64,000 nt of DNA from Rhodosorus marinus CCMP1338. Lineage: Eukaryota; Plantae; Rhodophyta. Position numbers and translations under genes: made by a program. Positions 1 to 12,742 of this stretch are shown one piece after another. The notes beneath the pieces were generated by a model. The model was not told where the DNA came from. It worked only from the letters and a program-made list of their open reading frames with translations, and did not search any database. The stretch covers positions 1,054,001 to 1,118,000 of the forward strand of contig JAMWBK010000009.1 of assembly GCA_029953675.1 (NCBI GenBank), read 5' to 3'. Numbering within the stretch: the first letter of the stretch is position 1; the number at the start of each line of letters is the position of its first letter.

Positions 1-971
1 CTAGAGTAATGAGCTACGCTGCTCATATAAATGGTTCCTCAACGATAGCAAATCCAAGTGGCTCCAGTCTAGTTCGGGACTGGGCACTCGATACGTACGC
101 GTCTTCCTCTTATCCTGGTAGAGATCCTGCCGTTCAAAAAAAGTCAACGGGTTTGCTCGACTGTAGTGCCAGATACTCCGCTTGATGGATCAATTCTCCC
201 CCTTCCCTTTGCCTTGTGATCGGCTCTTCTCTATGCGTCAACGAATACTTTTCTGGTGGCTCCGTTCACCGCGGTGGACTGCCTTCTACGGAGGGTCGGA
301 CTTCCAGTTCCGTGCGTACGTATTTTCTTATCTACTCGCTCTCAAATGCGCTGAAAGAGCACCCACGCTGCTCATTTGAGTTACTTGCCAAAGCAAGCAA
401 GCGCATCAACGAGTCCTAAGGTTGTTGGTTTGCGGACAAAAAACCCAGCTCTGGTCGTAGACATCGCGGAGGATAGAGTGTCTTGGTTGCTACGATCCTA
501 GCACGATAGGTCTCTCCTATCAATCTGATCCCATCCTAACAAATGCAATTGATGATCGGCCGAAGCAAAGGAGTAGACAAAACCCCGGAAAGCGAATGAA
601 GGAGCATATCTGCTTTTAACGAGACGACAAACGCAGCGAGACGGACTGTCACATCCTATTAGAGGCGATTTTCGCCTATTGAATATCACGTAAACCACGC
701 TGTGGGTAGCGTCCTCTCAGAGTGCTGACGTTGGGGTTTTCGTGTTTGAGCCCATCGCGCGTCAACGTAACACCGCAAATGCGTTCATTCGCTCGTCATG
801 AATGTCCAATGCCCCAGGAAGTCGCTGTAGTAGCCGTTCTTCCTTTCAAAAAGTTGTATAAGTTCTGATATACACCAATTGCAACCGCAATGATTCGCTT
901 TCCGAGGTGTACTAGACCATGTCAATGGCCGTTTAGCACAGTTAACTTTTCGGAAAAACGGAGTAGTGTAG

Positions 972-1100
972 GTTGCGTCCTATCGTGTCAAAAGCTTCAA
1001 AACTCGTGCTTACTGGTTTCACGAGATCCTTGAACAGTTCCCTGAAGTCGGACAGGATCCAATCCCAGAGTTTGGGAGGATAAACCTAGGGGTCAAATAA
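972..1100 (+). CDS. Probable terminal exon of an unidentified gene that begins upstream
   Basis: AG acceptor at 970-971, then an open frame VASYRVKSFKTRAYWFHEILEQFPEVGQDPIPEFGRINLGVK*. No family recognised. Confidence 0.25.
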   Translation, partial: VASYRVKSFKTRAYWFHEILEQFPEVGQDPIPEFGRINLGVK

Positions 1101-1905
1101 CCGATGCAGTTGCTCGGCTTTGGCCACCCCCTACTCCCCCACCCGCCAAGTACTCAGCTGTTGTTTCAATGCACAAACGATAAGAGGGCGCGTTAAGAAG
1201 CAATTCTGAACGTTTCTTCTTTGCGCTTAACAAGGTAGCCGAGGAGTATATGGAACACTTACTGTCATCTATGGCACCAACTTCATGATCTTTTCCATAA
1301 AAGAAAGTGAACGGAGAAACGAAAATCGAGGGGAACCCAGCGATGAGCAGGAAAATATTGGAAATACCGCTCACGCCTCCGCTGAAACCAGCCGTTATGC
1401 AAAGCGTCCCCATGCTAGCAAGCATCAAAACAAAAGACAAAGGGTACTTGAGTACTTGTGCATGTCAAATGTATCCAATCCAGATCGCGCGGACAGATGA
1501 AACACTTACAAGAATTCGAAAATCGCTCTAAGGCGGGGGCCCTTGAGAAATCCAAAGCTATTCAGCAGCTTTTCTGGCCTTCCAATAGTTCCAAAGAAAA
1601 GCAGTACTCCACAGATTCTGTGATGCCGTAAACGAGACGATGATGGGAGACAATGAGCGACAAACCAAGGGGAAAACTGAACTTTCCAAGCCGAGTGTGG
1701 ACGTGCGGGCTCACATGCTGTAGCAAAATATTGCAAACGAAAGTGGATTTGACAGCGCCGCGGTAATCGTGATGAAGAACGCAATGATCGACACAATACC
1801 TGCTACGATCAGCAGAAGCGCCACCAGCAGGTTCGTCCAGTAAACTACCTTCTCCCACTTCCCACCGCCTCCTCCCCCCAAACCACAGCATCCACCATCA
1901 TCCAT
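1093..1905 (-). CDS. Golgi membrane protein, TVP15/COPI-associated-like (multi-exon)
   Basis: Spliced product MDDGGCCGLG...KVVYWTNLLVALLLIVAGIVSIIAFF...FGVLLFFGTIGRPEKLLNSFGFLKGPRLRA...FVLMLASMGTLC... has three hydrophobic segments and the FGFL..x..RA/G pattern of the COPI_assoc family. GT-AG introns are present. Confidence 0.6.
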
Positions 1906-2757
1906 TTCCACCTAAATTAAAATCTAAAAAGAAGCCCACAGTTGTGAAGAATCCACCAACAAACCTCCCCAACTCCTTCACATCAGCCAAAACCCAGACA
2001 AAACACACACAATGCGAAAAGGAAAACTACCAAACCAATCCAACCACTAACACGAACCCACCCCCCCCCAAAAAAAAACCTTTCTCACAGATCCCAAACA
2101 GCTCAATACCTCAAAAACTTCGTACAGTCCCCTAAAACTCACAAAATCCAGACAAAGCTTTATCTCCTACCAATCCTCAACTCTCCCAAAGTTCATGCAT
2201 CCCCCCCGGCACCCTTTTCTTACACCGTTCCCGTCCTTAATTTTTTCACCGTTCCCATCCTCTAAATTCAGCAACAACAACAACAAAAAACAGCAAAATC
2301 ACTATCCAAAACGACCCATCTCAACCCCCAAAAATAAAAAACCGTCAAAACAATACCAAAAACGAATATTCAATCAAACTAGCTGCACAAAATAGATTGA
2401 AAATTCAATCCACGAATATCCTGCTCTTTGAATATCTAAATAATTTAGTTCCACGGCAGAATATCTCTCTTCGTACAAGGAAAAAAGTAAAAAATCGGGT
2501 TGATTGGGATTTCCTCTATATCGTTTTACTTCTTGAGTAAATATATTAACAAAACAATAATATAGATATATTGATGAGCATAGTGTAATATTTGATGTGT
2601 TCGGTGGAAGGTGATAGTACGGATTTAGTACGGATACGAAAAGCTGCTGCCAGTGGCAGCCACAGTGTTTCTAGACGAACCGATAGGCGGATGAGAGACT
2701 AGGCGGTATTGTGTGTGAGCGGACCGCGAGTAGAGGAGAGCTCTTTTTGGGGTCGAG

Positions 2758-2995
2758 ATGCGAATTCAAGGGGAACTTTTACCCCCGCTCTCTCTTGTAC
2801 GTCATTTGTTCCGCGTCTTCTGGCTTTTTGTGGGGGTGGAGGATTATGTATGATCTGTGTTCTTGCCAAAAGACAAAAGAAAACATTGAGCTTCTTCTTG
2901 CTCCGCTCGCTGTCCTAGTTTTTCTTTTTGCCGTCTTGGGGCGTCTCTGTTCTTGGTATTTTCGTCCTCGTGGCTTTGTGCGTTCTCTCATCTGA
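2758..2995 (+). CDS. Hypothetical 53-aa single-pass membrane microprotein (2 exons)
   Basis: ATG at 2758 and a phase-0 intron gtacgt...aaaag (2797-2872) give MRIQGELLPPLSL|TKENIELLLAPLAVLVFLFAVLGRLCSWYFRPRGFVRSLI*. It lies downstream of a G-rich leader. Confidence 0.4.
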
Positions 2996-3545
2996 ATTCG
3001 TTATGCGAGTCTGTTGTTGAGGACCAAGACTCGGGTCTTGCCGCGGCGGCAAAGGGACGAGACTAAAATCCAGAAATCCTTGCGTCCCACGACTCAATTG
3101 AACAGAAACGATCACTAGACCAGCTTCGAAGGTATTCTAGGATCCAACCCTATCATACTACATGTAATTACGAGTGAACTTCGAGGACAACTTCATCAAT
3201 ATAAACTATTCATATATTATAACGATAATTGCATGTAATATTTCATGCAATTACGCTTTCAGTTGGCAATGGAGAAACTCCGTGAGCAATATGTATATGG
3301 AAAGTGAGAGCTGGTTCCTAGTGCCGTCTTGGTGCCTTCGAAGGGGAGTGGATGGTATAGATTTCAGACTGAAAAGTCGATCGTCTCGTTGAATAGTAAA
3401 TAGAGTTTATATCTGCCGAAGAGGATACCCGAGTTGTGCTTTTTCTGGAGGAGAGAAGTGGATAGGGCTGAGTAGGGACAGGTGACTTGGTTTTGGGGAG
3501 AGGGGGAGGGGAGGGAGGGGGTGTTGATATTGTTGATTGACGAAG

Positions 3546-6293
3546 ATGGATACTCTAGCTCATACGATCGAGGTTTCGGAGCCTTCCCTCAATTTTGCTG
3601 CGGAGATGAGGCAGGAAGCGATGGAAAAGTTTCCGCCGTTGGGCCCGCCGGACATTGTCACGGTGAAAAAAGAGCACTCTCCTTCTTATGGCAAGACTGT
3701 TGAGCAGGTATGAATGAGACTTCGTCGAATTTTCTGAACAGATTTTCAGTGGCGCTTTCCAGAATTCCTCGCGTGCATGCATTCTGCGCAATACTAATCA
3801 CACGATTTGCTGTTCCAACGTCTTCAGACGTACTATCACTGTGTGAGAGGATATGACGTGAGCAGCGAAGAGGTGGTCTCCGCGTACATAGCTAGTCTCG
3901 TGAGCTCCGGTTTTAGAATGGGATCCTGGTATCAGGTAAGGTTATCACTGAAATAGTTCATCCCAGCAGCTTTCATTGCAACGCTGATAATTCACTTCCG
4001 GTCCCACAGCAGTCATCAGGAGGTCGTTGGCAAATTCAGAAAGTGTGGTATAGATCATATTGTATTCTCAGCAAACTGGACATTGTTGTGACCGCGGATT
4101 TCCCCGGAAGTGTAGCAGTTTGCGGTCTAGATGCGGACGGGAACGAAGTCGAAGTGACACCAGATACGTGGAAGGACTGCTTTCTCAGTGCTGCGTGTAG
4201 GCATATTCAAAGGATAGGAGAGGCTCCTATATACCCGTGTATGAAGGTAGTGAGAATCGTCAAATTGTCTTTCGGACAAGTGCTTGGCGGTGTCCAAGAA
4301 GGGCCTGTCCCTCCCGCTTTTAAGCCGTTAGGTTGCCTAACAGTCTTTTCTCTTGATAGGTTTATGACTTGTTCGCAGATCCGACTTTGGAGGAACAGAT
4401 GCTCACGTACGCACTTGATCTACAGGAGAAGTGGCATCTTGCGGGTACCAGCCGGGCCTACAAGCACGAAGGAGATCGGTCGGAAGGGGGATGTGCCGAC
4501 TCTCGCATAGCAACGACAATATACGAGCATTTTGTATCGCAGGCCAGATTTCAGCAAGCAGTTGACTTCTTCAAAGAGAGAGCCAGCAAGCGCGATCCTG
4601 AGTGTGCAGTTCACGCGGCTAGAGCCTATCTCGCACAGGTACCCTGGAAATTTTCCCATGCTGAGTTTTGAAACACCCCACGGCCTGCTAATCTTTGGTA
4701 GTTAGCGATTTACAATATGCAGAGCGGCAGGAAAGGCCTCTCACAGATTTGTCCGAACGTTTGCGCAGGGAAACGTCCCAGCCGCGGTGGAATTGCTCGA
4801 GGACGTGTTGAAGCAGCTCCCCAACTCTAAGTTTGCTAGTTGCGTATTGCTTGAAGCTCTTTCTTCGAAGGGTGAATTTGAAGAAGCGGGACGTTACTAT
4901 GAGTCTCACAAACAAACCGTCGAATCGGATTCACTCGCAGTAATCAATGTTGCACAGGCTATGGCGAAGGCGGGGAAATTCGGTACAGCATTGACCATCC
5001 TTAATTTGGCTGAGATGCCGACGCCACCACTGGACCCCCTCTTACGAGAATTGATCCCCGCGAAGAGCAGCAAGACAACGCATGAGTACTCAAAAGAAAA
5101 GCTAACTGACCTTGATGCTGCCAGGATCATGGCCCTTCGCCTAAAGGAGGAGAGGAGACCAGGATTAGACAAGAATTTGAACGAACTTCCCGCAAAGATG
5201 ATGACGGAAACCGACCGCGCTGCCTACAACGTTCTTGTGACTGTCCTTGAAGCCATTGGCTGGGAAAGCGTTCTCGATGTTCGTTCCAAATGTTTTATCA
5301 TGCGTGAGGACGTTGAAAAGCGTTGGAAACAAATTGAGGACGAGGCTAGGGAAGCAGAAAGAGGCACTGATGGTGATGCCGAAGAGGAGGAGCAGCCCAA
5401 CGCCGCTCAGGGGGAGCAGAATGGACACGGCGCAAGTACTGAAGACAGCCCGGAAGCGGGTTCCAGCATGACGGTTGCGGAAGCGGAAGAAGGAAAGGGT
5501 GGTACCATAAGTGAGGAAGAACTGCGGCCGGTAATACTTACGTCAGAAGGTCTTGATGATGAAGAACCCAACGAGTTGTCAATTTCGAATTCTCCCGGTC
5601 CGCAACCTTCAACAGCGAACAAAGTGTCCAGCATCGAGAAGGTGACGAACAAGCGTCTTTGCCAGCTTTGGCTGGATTACTTAGTTATGACCATGTTCGA
5701 AGATCTCAGATGTAAGCGGGAGATGATGGCGGAGCTCCGGGACAAGGAAGAGGAGTCCGTCCCTTTGGATACGATTGTGAAGGAAACAATTCTGACAGGA
5801 GGGGACTGGCTTCGAAGGGCGCAGCTCTCCATAAGGCTACGCATGCGGAACGAGGCCATCAGTTGTCTGGAAATTAGCAGGCAGCTGTATGAGAAGAAGT
5901 CCAAGCTTGCTCTTGCTGTGCACATCGAGTGGATGGACTTCTGTGTCTCGGAGGGTGACGTGCAAGGTAGCTTGGAACAGATTGCATCAGTGGTAAACGG
6001 TCTCTACACGCTCATTCCGCACACTCGTCGAATAGCGTCAGTCAATCAAGTGCGAACAGCTGTGTTCGGTTTGGTATCAAAGGCTGGATTGCGCGATGTT
6101 CGAGCCGCCGTAAACGACATGGACGAAAAATCTTCAACTAGAATTCATCCGGTAGGCTCTACGATATGACCTTATCTAAGCAGGATAGTCGGACAGTCAG
6201 CTGAAAAAGAGCTGTTTCTTGTCCCGCGTTTCTTTCTCTCTGCAGGTGCTTCTGGATGCCGTTAACTGGCATGTCCATCGCTACGATGATTAG
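3546..6293 (+). CDS. ChAPs (Chs5p-Arf1p-binding, Bch1/Bud7-like) exomer cargo-adaptor homologue, TPR-containing, multi-exon
   Basis: N-terminal E..L..A..R.E....F.PLGPPDIV.VKK motif, CGLDADG, helical TPR-like repeats and a central acidic insertion. The last exon is VLLDAVNWHVHRYDD*. Confidence 0.75.
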
Positions 6294-6312
6294 CAGTTCT
6301 ACAACGGATGAA

Positions 6313-6830
6313 TTACTCACTGACTGCTAACACGTTGTCGTACTCTTTGCATGAGGCGGCACCGAGATGGAAAATCTCCATATCGCCGAAAGGAACCTTT
6401 TTGGTTCGCTGGATCTGACTGTGAACATAAGGTGCTTCTAAACAATTAAGTAAATTGAATATTCACAAGAGTTGCGAATAAACATCACCTGAAGCGGAGT
6501 CAGGTACGACGGAGAAGTGATGCTAGACCCTACTCTCAATATGAGGTCGAGCCGTGCGGCTACCAAATCATTTGAAGTAGTGGGAACGAGACAGAGGACC
6601 TCTTGGTTGAGATACTTTCATCCCAGAAGACGATACTGCTGCGCTGCCGGGCTCGACTGTCCAGTAGACGGCCTGAAGGTTGATCCCTTGAACTAACTGT
6701 ATCGCGGTTATGAACTAGTTATCACTTTATCGTTTGAAGTTGGAGCTTCGTTATCAATGCGATGAGGCGCGGATATGGTATTGGCAAGCGAGTCCTTCGC
6801 TTCTCCACCCAGCCCAGGCCTCTGCCATCC
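6313..6830 (-). CDS. Hypothetical multi-exon protein (start not resolved)
   Basis: Exon-like frames KYLNQEVLCLVPTTSNDLVAARLDLILRVGSS... and a terminal APYVHSQIQRTKKVPFGDMEIFHLGAASCKEYDNVLAVSE* with GT/AG boundaries. A C/A-rich leader signature lies at 6940-7100. Confidence 0.25.
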
Positions 6831-7516
6831 AGCAACTCAAACCAGTAAAAACGGTTTTCCGCAGCTAAGTCGATCCCGGTCTTCAGTCCGCGTCCAAGGG
6901 GGGTGCAAAAACAATCACCAGTGCTCAACAAAAAAAATCCCCCTTCCCACAAACAGCTCCAACCCCTAAAACTATATCTAAAACTTACAAAACTTGATAA
7001 ACTCATTACAAAACAAATTCAATTCCTAGGGTGCAAAGGCAGCTTAATATTTTGTATCGGTCAAACTGCCCCCTTAATATATACCTTCGCAACTAGTGTT
7101 GAAAATTTGGAATTTTAACACCCCCAGAATTTAAATGATTGAAATATTGATTGAATACATCGGATCGGCCTCAAGAAGCTCTCGGCATGGATTTTGAGGT
7201 TTCAAGAGTTTTGTGGCTTTTTTGATGGTTTGGGAGGGACGCCTTTAAAAGTATTGGATTGAGGGGATAAAGTGGATCGATTGATAACAAGCTCGATCGT
7301 TTTGGGGGTGCGGGGGGGAGAGGGTTGGGAGGATGCTCTTGGGAGTTGTTAAGGATTGAAGGTAGGCTTGGACGGAGGTGAGGAAAAGGTTCATCCGGGT
7401 GTGTGTATACATACTTTTGGTATTTGGTTTAGGTTGGTAAAAGAGGTGGTGGGGGAGTGGGAGGGGGAGGGTCAGGGGTTGGGTGTTTTTTGGGGGTTTT
7501 TTTTTTTTGAGGAGTG

Positions 7517-8100
7517 ATGGCTTTGAGGAGCTTGGCGCGGCCTGGCTTTATGCCGCGGAGGGGTATGTCTGTGATTGCGACTGTTAAGTCGGCAGCGGAC
7601 ACTACATCGAAATCGTTTCCTGCGCCGGCGATGATTTCTGCGCAGAGGGAAGTTCTCATGGAGATTTATAAGGAGAGGTTGTATTGGTTGAATCCTGGTA
7701 AGCGATGGGGCCACAGCTTCTTTGTTTTCGTTGGTAGTGTCTTTCTCCTCGGTGGTGTTCACTCTGTATCCTCACGAATTTGTGGTATGAAGATTTGAAG
7801 AATAGTTTTCTGAAACACCGCTTTCTCCGCTTGGCCTCAAAAAACTCGTAGAGAGCATAATTTCATATTCTGACGCAGATTTCGAGAAGGCCGATCTTGA
7901 CTACCAGAGATATGTCGACGCAGAGAACCAGAACATCAGCCAGGCTTTTCCCGAAGAAATGCGCGCGGATGCGAAGAAGAATTTGATCCCGACGCATCCG
8001 CACAAGAGGATGGAGAAAATCAATGGCAAAACGCTGAAGTTTGCTTTCCCCTATCTTTTTGATTGAACTAAAAGGACTATGTTATGATGTAATCATGCGC
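7517..8100 (+). CDS. Hypothetical protein with mitochondrial-type presequence (3' end approximate)
   Basis: MALRSLARPGFMPRRGMSVIATVK is Arg-rich with no acidic residues. After an intron (gtaagc) the frame continues SDADFEKADLDYQRYVDAENQNISQAFPEEMRADAKK. Confidence 0.5.
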
Positions 8101-8306
8101 ATCCAAGCTGTCGAGACGCCGAATTTCATAGACTTCATCTAGGCGTTTATTTCATCTTCGTCTCTACGAAAATTCATCAAGCTTTTCATGCGATCCATTT
8201 CTCTATCCAACGCTCTCGAGTCGGGGGATCAATGCAAGGCATTCGAACCATTCCAACTACTTGACATCTCCTAAATTCAAACCCGAACACAAGTGGATAC
8301 GCGAAG

Positions 8307-9587
8307 CTATGCCACAGCGTCCATGAAGGAAGGTGCCTGGACTGGAAGATCCTTCGGACTCGGCAGAACTTTGTCGATAAGACCTAGACGATCGATACCA
8401 CATGTATATCCTCGTTAGAAATGCTCATCCACTATCCCGGAAAGCGTTGCAACTCTCGTTTCCAACTAACCGTATTCCTTAGCTTCAACGGAAGTTAGGT
8501 ACTTTGTCCTGTTCGCATCTGCCTGAACCTGTTCCAAGGTCTGTCCGCAGGAGTCCGCGATGATCTGGAAAGCTTGCTTTCTGTTGAACAAGACTTCGCG
8601 AGCCTTGATTGCGATATCAGCCGCCTTTGCGAAGAGAAGGAAAGTTCAAGTAGATCGATCTTAGCAACAAGAAGAATCCTAGACTTCAGACAGAAACAGT
8701 CCATGTTTATACACGTACCTGTCCCTGAGCCTGTCCCCTCGGCTGGTGGAGCATAATGGTGGAGTTTGGCAGGGCTGCTCTGTGTCCCTTCTCACCGGCG
8801 CCAAGTAGCATAGCAGCCATTCCGAAGGCCTAAAATAAAAGAGAAAGGAGTTAATCATCAGTAGGAGGTTCTTTGTTTTGCGATTGAAGAGCCGATTGCT
8901 CAGCGTAAGCAAGAGAAGATAGGGTGTTGGACAAAACGGAAAACGAATTAAGCCACCGGTCAGCACGTACTTGGCCAATGCAGATCGTATGAATTGGAGG
9001 CTTGACGTAGTTCATGGTGTCCACAATAGCGAATGCCTCGGTTTCAAATCCGACGTTCTGACCCTCAGCGGACGAAGTTCCAGTGGAGTTTATGTACCTG
9101 TCAAAGGGAATCCACGAGTATAAACAGACTTGGCCTTGAGGAATCCGTCTCCATTTAAAATCAAACGCAGAACACGGCAAGCTCGTCCAGAAGTAAAGCA
9201 GTGGCGTTGCAAAAGAATCCAGCAAGTATGGATCAAAAACAAGCCTTGATTCCAGAGACAGCAAGAACGGATCACTCTGGTCGGATAAACTTACATAAAG
9301 ACCGGCTTTTCAGCGTTGTCGTACTGCAAGTACAAAAGCTCTGCAATGATCAACTCCGTCACCGCGGGAACGAGCGGCATCCCGAGATAAATAATCCGAT
9401 TGTGGAGCAGCAGCGACGGCAGATCTGGGGGCGGACCAATCCTCGCACCCTCATAACTCGACGCCCCGCTCTGCATCATCCTCACCGTATTTTTCCTCGC
9501 CGCAACAGCCTCCACTCGTCGCGCCCCCAATCCATTCACACGATGGCCACGCACACCGCCGCCAACAAAACTGCTAACGAAAGCCAT
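8307..9587 (-). CDS. clpR: Plastid-targeted Clp protease proteolytic-subunit homologue, ClpR type
   Basis: Transit peptide [11 protein letters not shown], then [71 protein letters not shown] and [12 protein letters not shown]. It ends [25 protein letters not shown]. Confidence 0.88.
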
Positions 9588-10626
9588 ACCCCTTTCCCCA
9601 AACAAAAACACTCCTTCTCCCCCTCCAAAATCCAAAAAATCTGTCCGGCTTCACCTCCAAATTTCACTCCAAAAGAACCTACTACTTCCTTTCACGCACT
9701 TCAAACCCCCAATTCCCATTCCCATTCCCAATCTCACTCCCTTCCTACCATCTCCCCAAACAAACCCAACCAGACCCAACCGCACCCCATCTCCTCTCCC
9801 CCCCCCCCAAAAAACCTCCCTCTTTGTTCCAAAACCAAAATTTCCTATTAAAAAACCAACCATCAATCCTCGTCCATGAAAACGAAGATCGTGGGTTTCT
9901 CAAGATTTTCCACTGGCAAAGTCATTTGATATGACATATTAATGATTTTCTCGATATCTTATATTCTAAAATATTTCTAAATTACATTTTATAATAGACT
10001 AGATTATATTTATAATGACTGTATTATGTGTTGTAAGATGAATAATTGGATAAAAGAGTGGATAATCAATCTTTATTTTCTTTTGTTGCATTTTATGGTT
10101 AAGTGTCATACTTGGTTTTCTCGTAATTGCACGCGGGAATTTGTTTTTAAGATTTTTTAGATAACGGGTTGGGACAGGCTGCCCGATTTTTCGAGACCAA
10201 TGAGAAGTGAATATGAGGAGGCGAAGACCTACTTTGATGGGAAAAAATGCGATTTGGGAGTTGTTTTTTTTTTCAGTTTTCCAGGATCGCGGCTGGTTTT
10301 CTTCTGTGAGTCGTGGGCGTTGGTTGTGTGAGATCTCTTGGTTGATCTCTGTGTTTTTATACTGTGCCTTTTGTAACTGCTCTAGCTATTTTGTTTATAT
10401 GTTCATCCACTGATGCTATCTACTCCTCATCAATGCTACCCCTCCCCTACCCCCCGGTTCCCCCAAATCGCCCCCTCGTTTTGTTTTTTTTGTGGTTCGT
10501 CAGCGTCTTCTAATCTGGAGATTGGTCGGCCAGGCGCTTCTGTGCGGAAGAAGTACGACAGGAATCCGCTTCTTCCATTGAACAAAGCTATTACTGTTCT
10601 TTGGTTCTTCCTTGTCTGGCTTTGGC

Positions 10627-11542
10627 TCAGGCGGCTTTCTGCTGTTCGAGGTGGTCGAAGACCGACTTGTCCCCAAGATCATCTGTTGCCGGCTGTTCAA
10701 ACTTTCTGTATGCAAAGAACAGAAACATGGCGGCGAAAACTCCAAGACCTCCACGCTCTACTTGAGCAGGCAGCAAATTCAAGAAATGACCACCGGTCAG
10801 AATCGGGGTAAGGACCATAAGACCCCAAGCCTCTTGACGGTTAAAGCAGATTCCCTCCTGCACAAATAGACGTAGGAACAAGAAAACTCAGGATTCGGAA
10901 GCTAATCCCAATACGGCCTGACAAATCTCTGTACCTTAAAGAAGAGACCCGTCATGGCTACGAATGTCCAGCCAGTAGCAAGCATCCACAGCGTTTGGTC
11001 ATAAGTTCCAAGCGCGAGACCCTCCCCTGTGAGGAACAAGGCAGCGATGGCGCCTGCCGTCCCCGCTCCCCACAAAGCTTTCAACAGGTTGTGCATTGGC
11101 TTCATGTAGATGTGAATCTTCCACAACGACAGACCTAATAACCAAGATTGACACGAGTTAGAACCGAAGAGCTTCGTTACAAGTCGGCACTCCTCTGGAA
11201 GATGACCGTACCCAAAAATCCGTTTGCTACGAGGTACAACGCGTCCACCACCGGCAGTGGCGGTTTTTCAACCCCGAGAGTAATCCCAACCGCGATCGCA
11301 GCGGAGACAGCAGCTCCGAGCAGCGCAAATCGATAATCGCGAACTCCAATCACATCACCCTTGGTCAGATACCAATCTCCAAAGTTTCCCTTGAAGGGAC
11401 CTTCGAGGACCTCACTATCTCCAGAAGAAGACATTCGAATCGGCGCCTTCCTCACTGCACGTGACTGGGGTCTGCCGCATGTCAGCCCCTTCCTAGCAAT
11501 TGTCAATCCAGTGGTGCTCACCACAAACCCATAACTGGCCAT
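10627..11542 (-). CDS. DUF2301 integral membrane protein (cyanobacterial/plastid type) with transit peptide
   Basis: G.FG.W.LT..DV.GV..YR, LWKIHIYMKPMHNLLKALW, GLFFKEGICFNRQEA and QP..DDLGDKSVF motifs. Three exons. Confidence 0.85.
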
Positions 11543-12601
11543 CTTGGCTACAAGAAATTAAAAGAGAATACAATTTGTACGTTCGCACTCAAAGCAGAAA
11601 CAGCAGAGTTACACACGGTATCGCCAACACCTCTTCCTCCTCTCCCTCCCTGCCAGTATGTGCTCGACCACCAACACCTTCAAGCCAAGTGGATATTTTC
11701 AACGCAGATCAGAGGAACTGATTGATAGCAAATCTGAAATGTTGAAAGATACAAAAACACGTCTTAAACGGGCTGATTTTGAGGTTGGGGAAGGGATGTA
11801 TTTCCGCGGTGAACAAGGTGAAGGACGAGCACAGACTCTCCCATCTGGGATAATTCTGTCTTTCCAAGTGATGTTGAATCGCTTGCCTTCTCGCCCCGCG
11901 AAGTTTATTGCAGCGGATTCAGGATCGGTGCGTGGAAGACAAACAGATATACGCCTTACAGATTCAAGGCATTTCGTGATACCCAGACTTTTTCAAGCAT
12001 GTTTGAACTCTTCCGTACTACTGCAGCAACAGCGTTGAGAATATTATCAACTACGACTCTTTTCTCCCTCCCAGCTTCCGGTGGAAGATGCCGATTCGCG
12101 GCCGATAAGCAGGGGTGGATAAAGCAGCGGGGCTAAGATCGAACGTATTCTGAGGAAGAACTGAGCCCAGTTTTGATCAATGCATTCCTGTTAGATCAAA
12201 TCGTCGCGATGCACAACGTGACGTGAAAGCCCTGGTGAGCTTTCCACCCGGACCACCGCCAGCACGTCAGACTCTTAACTAGACACCGTGGAATTGTTTA
12301 GGCAAAATATTACCTGATTCTTTTAAAAAAGGTTCTTGATACGTTTAATAGTCACTCCAACCGCAACCACAAAAAATGACTTTTTTCGGCAATGGACTTT
12401 TTCGAATTTTTTCTCTTGTTTCTGAGAGGTTGGTGAGAGTCCATAAACAGCCCAATTTCGGGGGGAGTTCAAAGAGGGCGAGGAGGATGAGAGAGGAGGG
12501 TAAGGAAGCTGTATGTCTTGAGGCGTTATTTGAGCGAACCAGAGATTGGAAATACTTGTATTTTGAAGGCCTTGGAAGATATCGTAAGGGTACATTACAG
12601 G

Positions 12602-12742
12602 ATGGACTACACACTTTTCCAGATCACGTTCTGGGCGTCGGTGATGTTGGTGGTGGCGCTTGGAGTTGCGGTGAGCACGCTTCTAACGATGGACATCGGG
12701 AAGGATACTTTGGTATTTGCGGACAAGCCAAAGGGTCTGTGA
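12602..12742 (+). CDS. 46-aa protein resembling the C-terminal TM/cytosolic part of the V-ATPase accessory protein ATP6AP2 (Renin_r family)
   Basis: MDYTLFQITFWASVMLVVALGVAVSTLLTMDIGKDTLVFADKPKGL* matches the F(Q/N)I.LW...L.....MD.G.D(S/T)L.(Y/F) pattern. No in-frame upstream ATG was found. Confidence 0.6.
   Translation: MDYTLFQITFWASVMLVVALGVAVSTLLTMDIGKDTLVFADKPKGL

Noticed and set aside
9201-9851. Long ORFs in the supplied track such as 9201-9851(+), 42521-43312(-), 61255-61710(+), 54149-54637(+) and 59420-59842(+)
   Set aside because: They are antisense shadows of real genes or products of C/A-rich low-complexity leaders that lack stop codons.
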